A program made the position numbers and the translations under genes. Positions 44,085 to 54,771 of a stretch of 64,000 nucleotides of DNA are shown piece after piece. The notes beneath the pieces were generated by a model. It was not told the DNA's origin and searched no databases. It saw only the letters and a program-made list of their open reading frames with translations. The stretch is from contig JAKMXF010000321.1 in the NCBI GenBank assembly GCA_024704765.1, forward strand, positions 310,001 through 374,000, written 5' to 3'. Numbering within the stretch: the first letter of the stretch is position 1; the number at the start of each line of letters is the position of its first letter. The DNA comes from Oopsacas minuta (Eukaryota > Animalia > Porifera).

Positions 44085-47000
44085 ATGGATTTAGCTCAGA
44101 GTTTAACTTTTGTAAATTTTGTTGGAACTCTTGCTATAGTATTCACAGTAGCTGTGTTTTTATCAGGAATGTGAGTAACTGTTAATCACATTTTGACACC
44201 TATTATTATTATTATTGTTATTGTTTATTGTTTAGTGAAGTGTGTCAAGAGATAAGACAGAAATATGGTGTAGATAATATTAGTTTTTTTCCCTTTTTAG
44301 CAATATTTTTAAAGTGAGTTATTTGTTTGTTTGTTTGTTTGTTGTTACTTGTTTACTCTCATCTAGTTGTTCGTTATGGCTGTTATACGGTAGACTAGTA
44401 GGAGATAACTTCATCATTGGCGTCAATATAATTGGAGCAGTATTATCAGGCTCATATCTTATATTCTATTTTCAATATGCACTCGGAACACAAAAGGTTA
44501 GTACAGTAATTTACAATTAATATTAATATAAGAATCATGTAGAATTGTGTGATCAGAAACTAGCTATTTTGAATAATTATAGTCCTTACCTGTTGTCACA
44601 TCGTTTCCTAATCACATCAAACTTCTCCTATAGACATGGTTCATATTAGTGGTTGGTTTTGGACTGATAATGTTAATAGCTAAGATTTGGTTTGCTCTGT
44701 ACTACATACAAGATGCTGATCACAGGAAGCAGGTATCTTCTCTATACTGCTTTGCTTCTACTGTTATGATGTTTGGATCTCCATTAGTTTCTGCAGTAAG
44801 TTGTATTGCATTGCTGGGATATGGAATGTTTGTATCTAACCTACCGAAAATCGTGGCAATTCCGTTTGTTGGCACGTTGGTACCACTAAATGATCCCGGA
44901 AGGTTATTTTCGTCAATTATCACAATATTTTGCTGGTTTGGCAAATGGTCCCTATATGCTTATTAGTTATTAACCATGGACAATGGGTTTAATTTATATG
45001 CTTGGATGTTCTTCCTAGCTATCTTGAGGCACTCCTCGCTTTATTGGAGGGGATTTGTATATAATATAAAATAAATAAATCCGCTATCCATGGTTATGTA
45101 ATAAAATATAGAAACTATTTTGTCAAAACTACATTCGGCAGTTTGATACTTAATATTCCCGAAAAATCTGAATTTCAGATTATTGTTTGTTATATCTGAC
45201 TTTAACAGTACAGAGTAATACAGAATAAGACCACAGAAGGAATGTCATTCACCTTAACAGTTACCAGTCTAGGTTGTTCATCTCTATGGACAGTTTATGG
45301 AATGATGTTAGGAGACAGCACTGTTGAGGTATTTATTTAATATATTTTCTACTCCTGACTAGCTGTTGAGAGATTTTGTATACTTTCGACAGAGATTTGG
45401 TTACATAAATAATTCCTGTCTCTGATAGATCAAATTAATCTCATTAAAAACCGGTTTTATCGAATACCCGAAGTTTGAAATTGCCCAATTATGCTCCCCA
45501 CACCGTCAAAGTAACAAAAATTCAATCGGTCATATCGAAATAATTATCGCGGTCCCTTGAGCTTCGATAGAACAGTTGTCTGTATTATAAATTAGTTAAA
45601 GAAGGGAACTAAGTAATATTTACAACAACAAACTATAAATCTAATCTGACATACTCGATTTGAATGTCTTATTTACCAAACTAAGTTCTCTCGCTATTAA
45701 TTCATTAATTCCAAATACCCATCAACTTGTAAATCTCTTCAATCAGTTCTGAGTACTTCTCATTCTGAACATTGGAGGCTGTAGCGTGTTCACATGGATT
45801 GTCAAAATAATGTTTATCCCTTGGTATTTCTAATTCTACAAGACTTGTTACGTTATGGTGAATGCTCGAGCTAGATGCGAGTGTAGAGAAATCCTTAAGT
45901 CCTTGCTTTTCACTACCATTCCAGACTATATTCATTATTGTATTGGGTGTCGGTTGTCCAATTAGTCCTTGACAAATGCTATTACTTCCAGGTTTCGGTT
46001 CTACCCCTGGTTCTGGATATATGGTGAATAACCTTTTGAGTACTTTTGAAGTTGGTAGAATTTGTCCTGCAGGAACACTTGAACAATTTCCTAATTGTCC
46101 ATGCACTTTCTGTAATCTGTACTGCTTGCCGTACTTTGTTAAACTCCAGAACCAACCCTCCAATACCTCTTCCCCAGTTAAACCTTTATTAACTCTGATT
46201 GTAGAATTAACAAATTTCATGCTTGATTGGGGATTATCAGATATGTAGTCTGTTGCTTCGGTCATAATACCGATTAATGAGTAATATTCATTTGCTTCTT
46301 GCTTATTAAAGGAAGATCCAAAGAAAGTGGTATTCAGAACAAAGCTGTCTAAACCAGTTGCTTTACAAGATAGATCTTGTCCTGAAATGCTTACAATTAA
46401 TGCGAAGAGAATTACTAAATATTTCATTCTGTAGATTTTGAGTTAACTTCTTAATCGTTCGTATAAATATCATCTAGCTATACCTAGTCTACAAATCACG
46501 TGTGATATATGATACTATTAATTATCAATAATTCCCTGAAGCTAACTTAAGTTGGGTCGAATCTCTAGACAGATAGTTTGGACTCAAAATAGTGGCTAGC
46601 TACTTGCTAGGTAAATTTCAATTCACAAACATAGTTACACGTTTAATCAATTGGCATTTTAATAATTTGGGGAGATAAGGAACCATTTTTTTGCATTCTA
46701 ATTAACCTATGTTAGTTAGAGCCTAAAATATGATTGGGCGTACATACACTCGGACTTGAAGCTCAATTATGGTCCAAGACCAGATATGTCAGAGACATTC
46801 ATGGCTACAATAACCATACAAACTACTGATCCATTTCTCCCAACTATCCGCGCTTGGTCCACACAGGACCATGTCAATCAAATATAAAACACAGTCGTTG
46901 AAATACCATCAGGGCATCATCAATATCCAACCGGAGGGTATTTCAAGCAAATCAGAACGACAGGTAAGTTCTACGAGGTTCTTCCAGGTCTTAACGGTGA

Positions 47001-47931
47001 TCCATTTTGCATCTGCTATCTCTTTCCGTATGTCCCGTATTGGTCGTGGGTAGCGTCCGCTGTAAATGTCACATCACCTACAGGCACCACGGGTCTATCT
47101 TGCTTTTTAGATGTTGAATTCGGAGAGGAAATGTGTATCCCAACTGCATCACCGAATATCGCGGCTATTGAGATGAAATACTTTTACCGTATATCAATGC
47201 GGGCTATGTTGTACACTGCTTATGTACCTAATTTGGTTAACAGTACTCTAAAAGGAATACCCTCTGAGTGTGCCAATACTGACTGTTTTCCTTTATAATT
47301 ATTCAGCTGATTAGTTTGATTAGTTTGATTAGTTTGATTAGGAATAGGATATCTGTAATTATATATTCGTGTGCTATTATGGATAATTATATTTCGGATG
47401 TAATATTTAAACAAAAATTAGATACCGTTGAAAATAATTACGTAACAGAGCATTGGAATACAGTGGAATAAGGGGGTAAGGACGAAGGATGTTGTCCACT
47501 TCTCAGAGGTTGCTTATCTATAACAGGGGTTTAGCTAGCATTGAGGCAGGGAAGGCAATTGCCTCCTCACTCTGAGATTTCTAGTTACTCAATATTATAT
47601 CTATTGTAATTGTATATTTAAAAATCTGTGATGAGGATTATATGGGCTACAGAGGTGTTTGAGGAAGTTCTACCATGATCACTTACCATAATAACTCGAA
47701 CTGTAGAACGTTTACATTCATTCAGTTATCCCAAACGTATCTCTAAATTAATAGACGGATATGTTTAGATATTGAGTGTGTAATCCTAACAGCCTTCAGT
47801 ATGTATATTAGTTATCGATTTTTCTATTATAGATACCCAATGGACTGGGCGCTATACTAGCACTCCTCCAGCTGTGTTTATTCATACTCTACTATCCGAA
47901 GAAGACCAACAGTTCTCTCCTAACAATCTGA
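44085..47931 (+). CDS. SLC50A1: SWEET sugar transporter (SLC50A1), 6 exons, about 224 aa
   Basis: Exons 44085-44170, 44236-44313, 44367-44496, 44634-44795, 45209-45328, 47833-47931 are phase-consistent. MtN3 motifs FPF..NCSLWLLYG..D..IIGVNIIG, MFGSPL, VIQNKTTEGMSF..LWTVYG..D, IPNGLGAILALLQLCLF..YP. Confidence 0.92.
45446..45584. mobile_element. MITE family A copy in SWEET intron 5
   Basis: accgtcaaagtaac ... taattatcgcggtcccttgagcttcgata matches the reverse-complemented family A core. Confidence 0.6.
45705..46427 (-). CDS. Secreted protein of unknown function, possibly ependymin-related; nested in SWEET intron 5, 240 aa
   Basis: Signal peptide MKYLVILFALIVSISG, several N-glycosylation sequons, four Cys, GKQYRL...C and YFDNPC patterns. 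Family assignment is inference. Confidence 0.7.
   Translation of the reverse strand: MKYLVILFALIVSISGQDLSCKATGLDSFVLNTTFFGSSFNKQEANEYYSLIGIMTEATDYISDNPQSSMKFVNSTIRVNKGLTGEEVLEGWFWSLTKYGKQYRLQKVHGQLGNCSSVPAGQILPTSKVLKRLFTIYPEPGVEPKPGSNSICQGLIGQPTPNTIMNIVWNGSEKQGLKDFSTLASSSSIHHNVTSLVELEIPRDKHYFDNPCEHATASNVQNEKYSELIEEIYKLMGIWN
46720..47298 (+). pseudogene. Disabled secreted-protein gene (ependymin-like pattern), nested in SWEET intron 5
   Basis: A 193-codon frame is open except for one TAA at 46885-46887 (..HVNQI*NTVVEIP..GKFYEVLPGLNGDPFCICY..WSWVASA..IPSECANTDCFPL*). Upstream hydrophobic codons (FFCILINLC, LVRA) lie in shifted frames, like a frameshifted signal peptide. Confidence 0.6.
47308..47341 (+). 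repeat. 9-bp tandem repeat (TGATTAGTT) x3.8
   Basis: Directly visible. Confidence 0.9.
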
Positions 47932-48437
47932 ATATTTTATAATTATAGTTATTGCTTCAATGTTTTAATCAAACTTATTCTGACAGGTGTATAATAAATT
48001 AAGGAATTGGAACTTACTATAAGCTTTGTCATGCACGGGACAAAACAATGGATAATAATTTCAATCAAAGACTCATTCGTACATTTATACTGACACTTCA
48101 GCCCGTCCGGAATACGGACACTATAATTAACGCTCTGAGCATGGGGTGCTCCGGTTAATACGAACTCTGGATACGGCTAACAAATTTTGACCGTCCGTTG
48201 GTGCTCGTATTTATGATGTTCCACTGTAAACACATATAACTATTACTCCAGACACTCTCAAGTTTAACCGCTCTCCCTTTGCTCAATCCTGGATGGATCT
48301 GGCCTGATGGTGCATTAGCGAAACACCTGTTCAGAGCATTCTCTGTGCCTGGGTGGTTTAATATGGCTATATTTAGCCATCACTATTCTTACAAATTCCT
48401 GGTTTGTATTAAATCCTGATCAACCCATTATAGAGAC

Positions 48438-48500
48438 CAACGGTTCCCTTTTCACCCGTGGACCCCAAGGGGTCCATGTATCTCAGGATGGGAACCGCTG
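48438..48500. mobile_element. 63-bp hAT-like miniature element (family D)
   Basis: Inverted ends caacggttccc / gggaaccgctg, internal palindrome tggaccccaaggggtcca. No clear 8-bp TSD. Confidence 0.55.
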
Positions 48501-48630
48501 ATACAAGACACAAATTCTATAAATTTCTCATTTGACAGATTGGTATAAATATAACAAACAAGCTGAATAACTAAATATGAAATTGTATGAAAGCAGTAAT
48601 AAAGTATTTCCATTCTCTCAAATATGAAAA

Positions 48631-49407
48631 TTAATTCTTTTTCTTCAGAGCATTGAAGCGATCTAACAGATCGTCTAACTCATCATCATCCTCTTTCCCA
48701 CCTGTCCCTATATCTTTGTGCTCCGTAGTGGGAGGAGCAGGGGCCGCAGGAGTTTGAAATGACGCACCCCCTGATTGAACAGTCTGAGTGCTAATCTCAC
48801 TCTGAAGGGTGTGAGCTAGTTTATCAGTAATTGGTTCTGGAATATTCTCAGCTAAAATGACTTTAGAGTCTGCTTGATAACTTAACCCGTAGTTCTTAGC
48901 AATCTCTTCCAAGTACCGCTCAATCAAGACAGGAGAGGGGGGTGTTACTCCGAGACGGTGTGATACTTTCTCATTCACGATATTAGTCCTATTCGCATGA
49001 GCCTGTTCCAAAAACGCCTTTCCAAATTTCTTACCCAGCTGTTTTTCTACTTCCACTGATTCTTGGATATCATGCTGTACTCTTGGTGTAGCCCATATGA
49101 TTGTATTAACACATTCAAGTAGACCTTCTTCACAATATCCCATAGTTTCTATAAGCCCAGCTCTGGCTAACAGAAGATCGCAATATTGCTGGAGAATTTC
49201 CATAGCTTCTGTGACGTAATCTTCTCGTATAACATGTTCCACTTTAATTCTAGCTCTCTCAAACCTCCCTGCCCTCAGGAGATCGGAGATATCTTTTCTA
49301 GCTCGCTGGGACTGTTCTGTCTTTTTCTTTATTAATAACTCATAGCGACTGACACAAAGTTTTAAGTTTGTTTGTAATTTCAAACTATTGAATCCTCCTA
49401 TGTTCAT
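48631..49407 (-). CDS. IST1: IST1 homolog (ESCRT-III associated), intronless
   Basis: KLQTNLKLCVSRYELL.KKKTE...RARIKVEHVIRED...CDLLLARAGLI; C-terminal MIM1-like LDDLLDRFNALKK. Confidence 0.95.
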   Translation of the reverse strand: MNIGGFNSLKLQTNLKLCVSRYELLIKKKTEQSQRARKDISDLLRAGRFERARIKVEHVIREDYVTEAMEILQQYCDLLLARAGLIETMGYCEEGLLECVNTIIWATPRVQHDIQESVEVEKQLGKKFGKAFLEQAHANRTNIVNEKVSHRLGVTPPSPVLIERYLEEIAKNYGLSYQADSKVILAENIPEPITDKLAHTLQSEISTQTVQSGGASFQTPAAPAPPTTEHKDIGTGGKEDDDELDDLLDRFNALKKKN

Positions 49408-49684
49408 TGTTACTATTTATAGAAACTAAAGGCAAAAATTTAACTTATAAACTCTGTAACAGTGCTCGTCTATCGTCAACGGAAACATATTTGTATGTAT
49501 CTTAAAGATTAGATCCCAACCTGGGGTCTACAGACTCCTCGGTGGTCACGCGCACCAAGGAGTTGATAACATCCATAAACTAATGATAGCTCTTTTCTAA
49601 TATGATTAAGTACGATAAATACGCTTACATTGTATAACGTGATTAAATAAATTTATAGGATAGGGCCGTCAACAACTGAATTAA

Positions 49685-49825
49685 TATAGTGTAACCTCCG
49701 CAAACTGGGCCTCTGGAAACGGAGTGAAAATAAATAGAGCAAATTCCTAGTCCAATTCAAATGAACAACCATAAACGGGAAAGGGGTTAGCATTTATCGG
49801 TATTCCTGACAGAAGTTACACTGTA
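49685..49825. mobile_element. MITE family B
   Basis: tatagtgtaacct ... aagttacactgta inverted ends; partial duplicate at about 50218-50265. Confidence 0.75.
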
Positions 49826-50472
49826 TATCATATTGGAGGGCAATAGTAGCGTATTCGCCTGTGTTTCCGTGTCAATTAACGAGAGCCCATTGCATCTGTA
49901 CCATATTAATTTCTGAACATTTCTCCTTTTATAATCGACATTCTGAAATAAGTTCCTGTCATAAGATTAACTTAATATACGCTATAGCTATTAATAGTAA
50001 CAATTATACGTCAATAATAATAGCATAATATAATGATATCAGCTAGTTTCATAGTAGTTGTTGTATAGCTTCGAATAGTTTGAGGTCTTGTTTGTATTAA
50101 TTGTGTTAATATGGACCATGGATTCGTGTAAACTGGAACCAGGCTAGTATACAATCGACTCTCAATAATAAGGACATAAGGATCGTTGATTGAACTTCTA
50201 ATCAGTATGTATTATAACTTCTGGAAACGGAGTGAAAATAAATCGAGCGAATTCCCAGTCTCGTTTCATTTACGTACAACTTACAATATGGACAAGGGCC
50301 TTCCATTTTCAATTCGATAAGACCCTACATTAACCCATGCATTTATTTAATAACAGACAAAAATACCAACAATAGAATACTAATAATAATATTAATAATA
50401 ATATACATACAAGTACCAAACACACACCTACTTCAGTTTAGAATCTGCCTTTGAGAAGCGACGGCCAATTCT

Positions 50473-50886
50473 TTAGAACTCGTTCTGTTCCATCCAGTCA
50501 CAGAGCTTCCCCGCGGCCTGATTACAAGTCCCGGGCTGTTTTCCTTCCGGATAGTGTGCGACTATAACTGTACGCTTTGTACGTTGGATGTATAGTCCGC
50601 CATGTTCTTTCTTCTTTGCCATCATCATTTTATCATCACCTCGTAAGAAATTGAATTTCATTTCACCTACGTGCAGACCCGATGTATAGAAATCATTCAT
50701 GTTACCACTCTTCAGAGCGTTTACTATGGTTTTAATCTCAGAAGGTGTCAATTTTAGACAGTGGCCCTGTCTATCAGTTGTCCATCGTATACTGTCTTCC
50801 ACACCAATGACAGCAGCCATATCCACGTGTCCTTCGCTCAAATTGACGAGATTATTTTTAATGTAAATATCCCAAGCCTCTGACAT
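50473..50886 (-). CDS. Profilin
   Basis: 137 aa; AWDIYIKNNLV, AAVIG, FYTSGLHVGEMKF, TVIVAHYPEGKQPGTCNQAAGKLCDWM follow the profilin fold pattern. Confidence 0.92.
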   Translation of the reverse strand: MSEAWDIYIKNNLVNLSEGHVDMAAVIGVEDSIRWTTDRQGHCLKLTPSEIKTIVNALKSGNMNDFYTSGLHVGEMKFNFLRGDDKMMMAKKKEHGGLYIQRTKRTVIVAHYPEGKQPGTCNQAAGKLCDWMEQNEF

Positions 50887-51330
50887 GTCAATTTCAAATT
50901 TTAGCTAATTTACTTAGAATTCTGTATTAAATAAGTACGCTAGGACTAATTAGAATTTCCATATAATGGATTTGAAATTGAATACAGTTGATAGTATAAA
51001 GGCATATGATCAAGTATCCACAAATCAACCATCTGACAAGAATCTAAGCCTACACAAAAGTAATGTATACTTTACAAATCGGGGATGAGGTTATTTCAAT
51101 ATGATATTGGTGACTGCTAAACTAGTTATTGGAAAGTTTAGATTCCAAACTGCCTATTTTGTCGTCCAAACGAAGCCAAATGGAGAGAACCCACCAAATA
51201 AATACGACTAATACAAAGCCTATTTATATAACTAAACTATTCGTGACTTTGTAGGTCAATTGAAATAAAATTATTGTTATACAAACTACGTAAATTCTAA
51301 AGTAATTATTGAAAGAAGTTTGCATGTACG

Positions 51331-51478
51331 TATTACCTCGGATATTAGCTAGGCCTGCATGGCTATTACCCCGAATAATAGCTGGGCCTGCATGGCTATT
51401 ACCCCGAATAATAGATGGGCCTGCAGGGCTATTACCCCGAATATTAGCTAGGCTTGCAGGGCTATTATCCCCCTCTCG
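51331..51478 (+). repeat. 33-bp minisatellite, 4 units plus a partial unit
   Basis: Units start at 51331, 51364, 51397 and 51430; consensus tattaccccgaatawtagctrggcctgcakggc. Confidence 0.92.
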
Positions 51479-52026
51479 GGTAATTCGAAGTAAAATAAAT
51501 TCCACCAGTCCATTGTTCGAATCTATCTAACACGATATCTGTCTAGCGTATTTAGCATGTGATATGGAGAAAAAGGGTAGAAATTACTCATACGGGACAG
51601 TTTTCTTCGAAGTTACCCCGGGGCTCTAATTGGCCTCTCTGTGCACCCCTGGTACCAGGGTTTCATCCAGCATTCTGAACCATACGCCTAAAATTTACCC
51701 CCTCGAATTAACGCATGCCTAAAGTATATGTATATAATTACAGTATGGTGGTCTTGCTCCAATTTTGACGCACCTAGATCTATATTCGCTGAAATTCAGG
51801 GGGCTGTAAGCTCGTCGCATACGCTCGGATGAACCCTGCCTGGGACTGAATAACAGTTTCAGACAAGAGCCTAGAACCTCAAAAACATGAGTCTTATATA
51901 AATGAATAATTGATAACACTAATAACATATACAAGAGATGATGTATCAATATGTGAGGCAATATGTATATAGAAATCCATTAATGAAGTTTACACACCAA
52001 TAAATAATAATACTAAATGTGGTTAG

Positions 52027-53547
52027 CTAGGTTTTGTTTGGGTTAGCATCAATTTTGAACTTAGAAATTGTATTCTTATAAGCTCCAGGTACTATTTTGA
52101 CAACAGTGTGTAGGTCACATCTCATATGTGGCATGTCATCAAGTGCCGCGTGGCTCAGATAAGCCATAATACATCGCATGACGGCCTGATGGCAGATAAT
52201 AAGAATGTCATTTTCTCTTCTCTCCAGCTCCATTATGAGAGGTTCTAATCGCATCACTACATCTTCGTAAGACTCTCCCATTGGGTATCTATACTTTAAT
52301 TTATTCTTCTTGCGTAGCTCGAAATCTTTTGGGTATAGTCCTTGGAATTCCTCGTAGGTCATACCGTCTCCAATCCCAGCATCTATTTCATTCAATGCTG
52401 TCCATGATACAACACAGTATTTATCCTCAAGGTGTATAGCTGTTTGTTTAGTCCGCACCATATGACTAGTCCAAACTTCAAAATCATCTTTAAGGTCGAT
52501 ATTGTCAAAGAACTCTTTGAGTTTGACAGAATACTCCACCCCGCGTTCAGATAACGGCGCATTGCCTCCTAGCTTTTGGCTTTCGTTATATTCGGACTCC
52601 CCATGGCGTGTGATATAAATAGCTCGTTGTGTACGAATATTCAGATTCATAAGAAAATAGACTATCCTACTATGGACAGTGCCCCGTATACGATTCGTCT
52701 GTACCCTCTCCCCCATGTTTATGAACTTGATAAACGCGAGATGTTTGTCTAGAACCTCAGACATACCCTCGTAAGCACGTTTATAGTTCTCTAATCGTTT
52801 CATAAAGTCCCTCCATGCCTCGTCCGGGTCTGTGTCCTTATAGTCTACTGAGTTAACTTTAACATTCTTGATATTTTCCTTTACGATATCTTCGTCATCA
52901 GAGATTAGTTCTATGAATAGTTTATCTACTCCGTGTTTGTCTAAACATTCTGAAATGATTGTTCTCCTTTCTCGAGTAGAGTTGGTCGCGTCGAGTATTA
53001 CAATCTCTCCTGATTCATTATGGATATAACTCATTGCATCGTCTAGTGCTTTTCTCACAAAATCCATACGTAAGCTTTTCGCAACTTCGTTGTCTGGATC
53101 GAAAAACTCGGCGGTTTGCCTGCCGACATGTTTTCTACGATACTCCCCGAAATTAAAGACTTTAGTCTTACAGCCAATCCAGTGTAAATACCCGCAGAGA
53201 CGTGTAGCGAGGTAGGTCTTACCGTGTGCGGGCAGACCGACTAAAATAATCGCAAGAGGTGATTTCAACATTTCAGGACAAGTTGGACAAGGCGTTAACC
53301 TACTGGGTGTAGGACTAAGCGATACATTTAGGCCTATTGTGCTATTCTCAGATTGAGATATGAGAGCGTCAGACATTTCAAAGGAGTCAATACTAGCACT
53401 TGTCGTTAAGTTTGTATCAAAGTATTGTTCGGAGTCTGTTATTCTAATGTTTGGGCAAGAATGGTTCCTTGAGAGTTCTTCATTTTCTGCAGAATCCCTA
53501 CTTATATTGAGCATGATTGCGTGCGTATGTAGTAGGCTAATAGACAC
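52027..53547 (-). CDS. PFKFB: 6-phosphofructo-2-kinase/fructose-2,6-bisphosphatase, intronless
   Basis: Kinase LVGLPAHGKTY, FNFGEYRR, DATNSTRERR; phosphatase TRHGES, LNEIDAG, YPMGESYEDV..RLEP..MELER, ICHQAVMRC. Confidence 0.95.
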   Translation of the reverse strand: MSISLLHTHAIMLNISRDSAENEELSRNHSCPNIRITDSEQYFDTNLTTSASIDSFEMSDALISQSENSTIGLNVSLSPTPSRLTPCPTCPEMLKSPLAIILVGLPAHGKTYLATRLCGYLHWIGCKTKVFNFGEYRRKHVGRQTAEFFDPDNEVAKSLRMDFVRKALDDAMSYIHNESGEIVILDATNSTRERRTIISECLDKHGVDKLFIELISDDEDIVKENIKNVKVNSVDYKDTDPDEAWRDFMKRLENYKRAYEGMSEVLDKHLAFIKFINMGERVQTNRIRGTVHSRIVYFLMNLNIRTQRAIYITRHGESEYNESQKLGGNAPLSERGVEYSVKLKEFFDNIDLKDDFEVWTSHMVRTKQTAIHLEDKYCVVSWTALNEIDAGIGDGMTYEEFQGLYPKDFELRKKNKLKYRYPMGESYEDVVMRLEPLIMELERRENDILIICHQAVMRCIMAYLSHAALDDMPHMRCDLHTVVKIVPGAYKNTISKFKIDANPNKT

Positions 53548-53725
53548 AATTTGTTTTGATAATTGAAAATAAAACTGTCTATGAAATATTCAATAGGACA
53601 ATGTAATATACCGCAAAGATCATTGGAAAAAGTAATTACATAGACACTGCAAAACAATATTTGTGTCTGATAAGTAACAGGAAGGAAGTTGAATCATATT
53701 TACAAGAAAATTTGAATTAATCTGC

Positions 53726-54193
53726 TTAGAAATCACTTTCAGAACTAATTGATTGGAGTTTTTGACGTTTCTTTAATTTTTTATTTCTTTTGATTTTAGT
53801 TTTTTTAGTCTTTTTCAACTTTTCTTTATGTTTCGAATCTTTATTTAATTTTTCAGAAGAGTCACTGCTCGAATTTTTTCTAACTTTATCTTTTTGTAAT
53901 TCTGGATACAATTCCCAATATCCCCCATGACCCCATTTATCTACCCCCACAGGTTGTTCACATGGTTCAAAAATTTCATTTTGCTTTTCTGTCCTCACAT
54001 TTTCAACTTTTGGTATTTTCTTCGAGTATCTTGGATAATCATTTTCAATCGAATCTTCAGAAAATCGTCTCTTATTTTTGGATTCTAATTTCTTCTTCTG
54101 TATCCACATAATCTGTTCCTCTATTGCTTTGTTATGTGATTCTGTATGCTTTAGGATTCTTGAGAAGTGGGCCTTATCTACTCTTCGTTTCAT
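53726..54193 (-). CDS. NKAPD1: NKAP domain-containing protein 1 (C11orf57-like)
   Basis: RILKHTESHNKAIEEQIMW and DKWGHGGYWELYPE resemble the two conserved NKAPD1 blocks; Lys-rich tail. Confidence 0.8.
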   Translation of the reverse strand: MKRRVDKAHFSRILKHTESHNKAIEEQIMWIQKKKLESKNKRRFSEDSIENDYPRYSKKIPKVENVRTEKQNEIFEPCEQPVGVDKWGHGGYWELYPELQKDKVRKNSSSDSSEKLNKDSKHKEKLKKTKKTKIKRNKKLKKRQKLQSISSESDF

Positions 54194-54771
54194 ATTAAAA
54201 TTAGCTACAAATAATTAAATACAGAAAATATGTATTACAATGATATTCAGCTTATCACCATGCTATAATGGAAATGGTAAAACTACTAATCAACTTTTTC
54301 AATTTATCTTTCTGGATTATTACAATATCTCCGATTTCTATGAATTAATATTTTGTCAAAAGGGCTCCCGCAAATTCTCCGCACGGTATGTGATAATTAT
54401 CCAAATTAACTCGTGGTAAACAAGCCCTTTGCCCCGTCCAGAAGCAGTGAATTTGCAATGCCATATTCAGGAGTAATTACTAATAAGGCTAAAGTGGCCA
54501 TAATACGTACTATAAGTATTGTAATCATCTGATATTGATGTCACAATAGTCTATATGTACAATATTTAAGTAAAGCATAGATACAATTCTTAACATGAGG
54601 TCTCCATAATGTAACTATATCATAAAAGATAATCATTTGATGAATTGGATAATATTGATTTTCCCAATTATACGCTTTATTCTAATTTTAGTCGTCTAGA
54701 AATTGCCAATGTGATAAATAGAAATTAAGCATAAATACCAAGAAATATAATGCAGAGATAGTTAATACAAA

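Noticed and set aside
44796-44966. In-frame continuation of SWEET exon 4 as the true C-terminus
   Set aside because: It lacks the second MtN3 repeat, which is supplied in phase by exons at 45209 and 47833.
51331-51478. 33-bp repeats as a CRISPR array or coding repeat (ORFs 51224-51505, 51309-51530)
   Set aside because: Units are contiguous with no unique spacers, the context is eukaryotic with no cas genes, and the ORFs follow from the frame-preserving period.
53205-53245. PFKFB P-loop GLPAHGKT instead of GLPARGKT
   Set aside because: A single substitution with GKT and all other catalytic motifs intact; no evidence of lost function.
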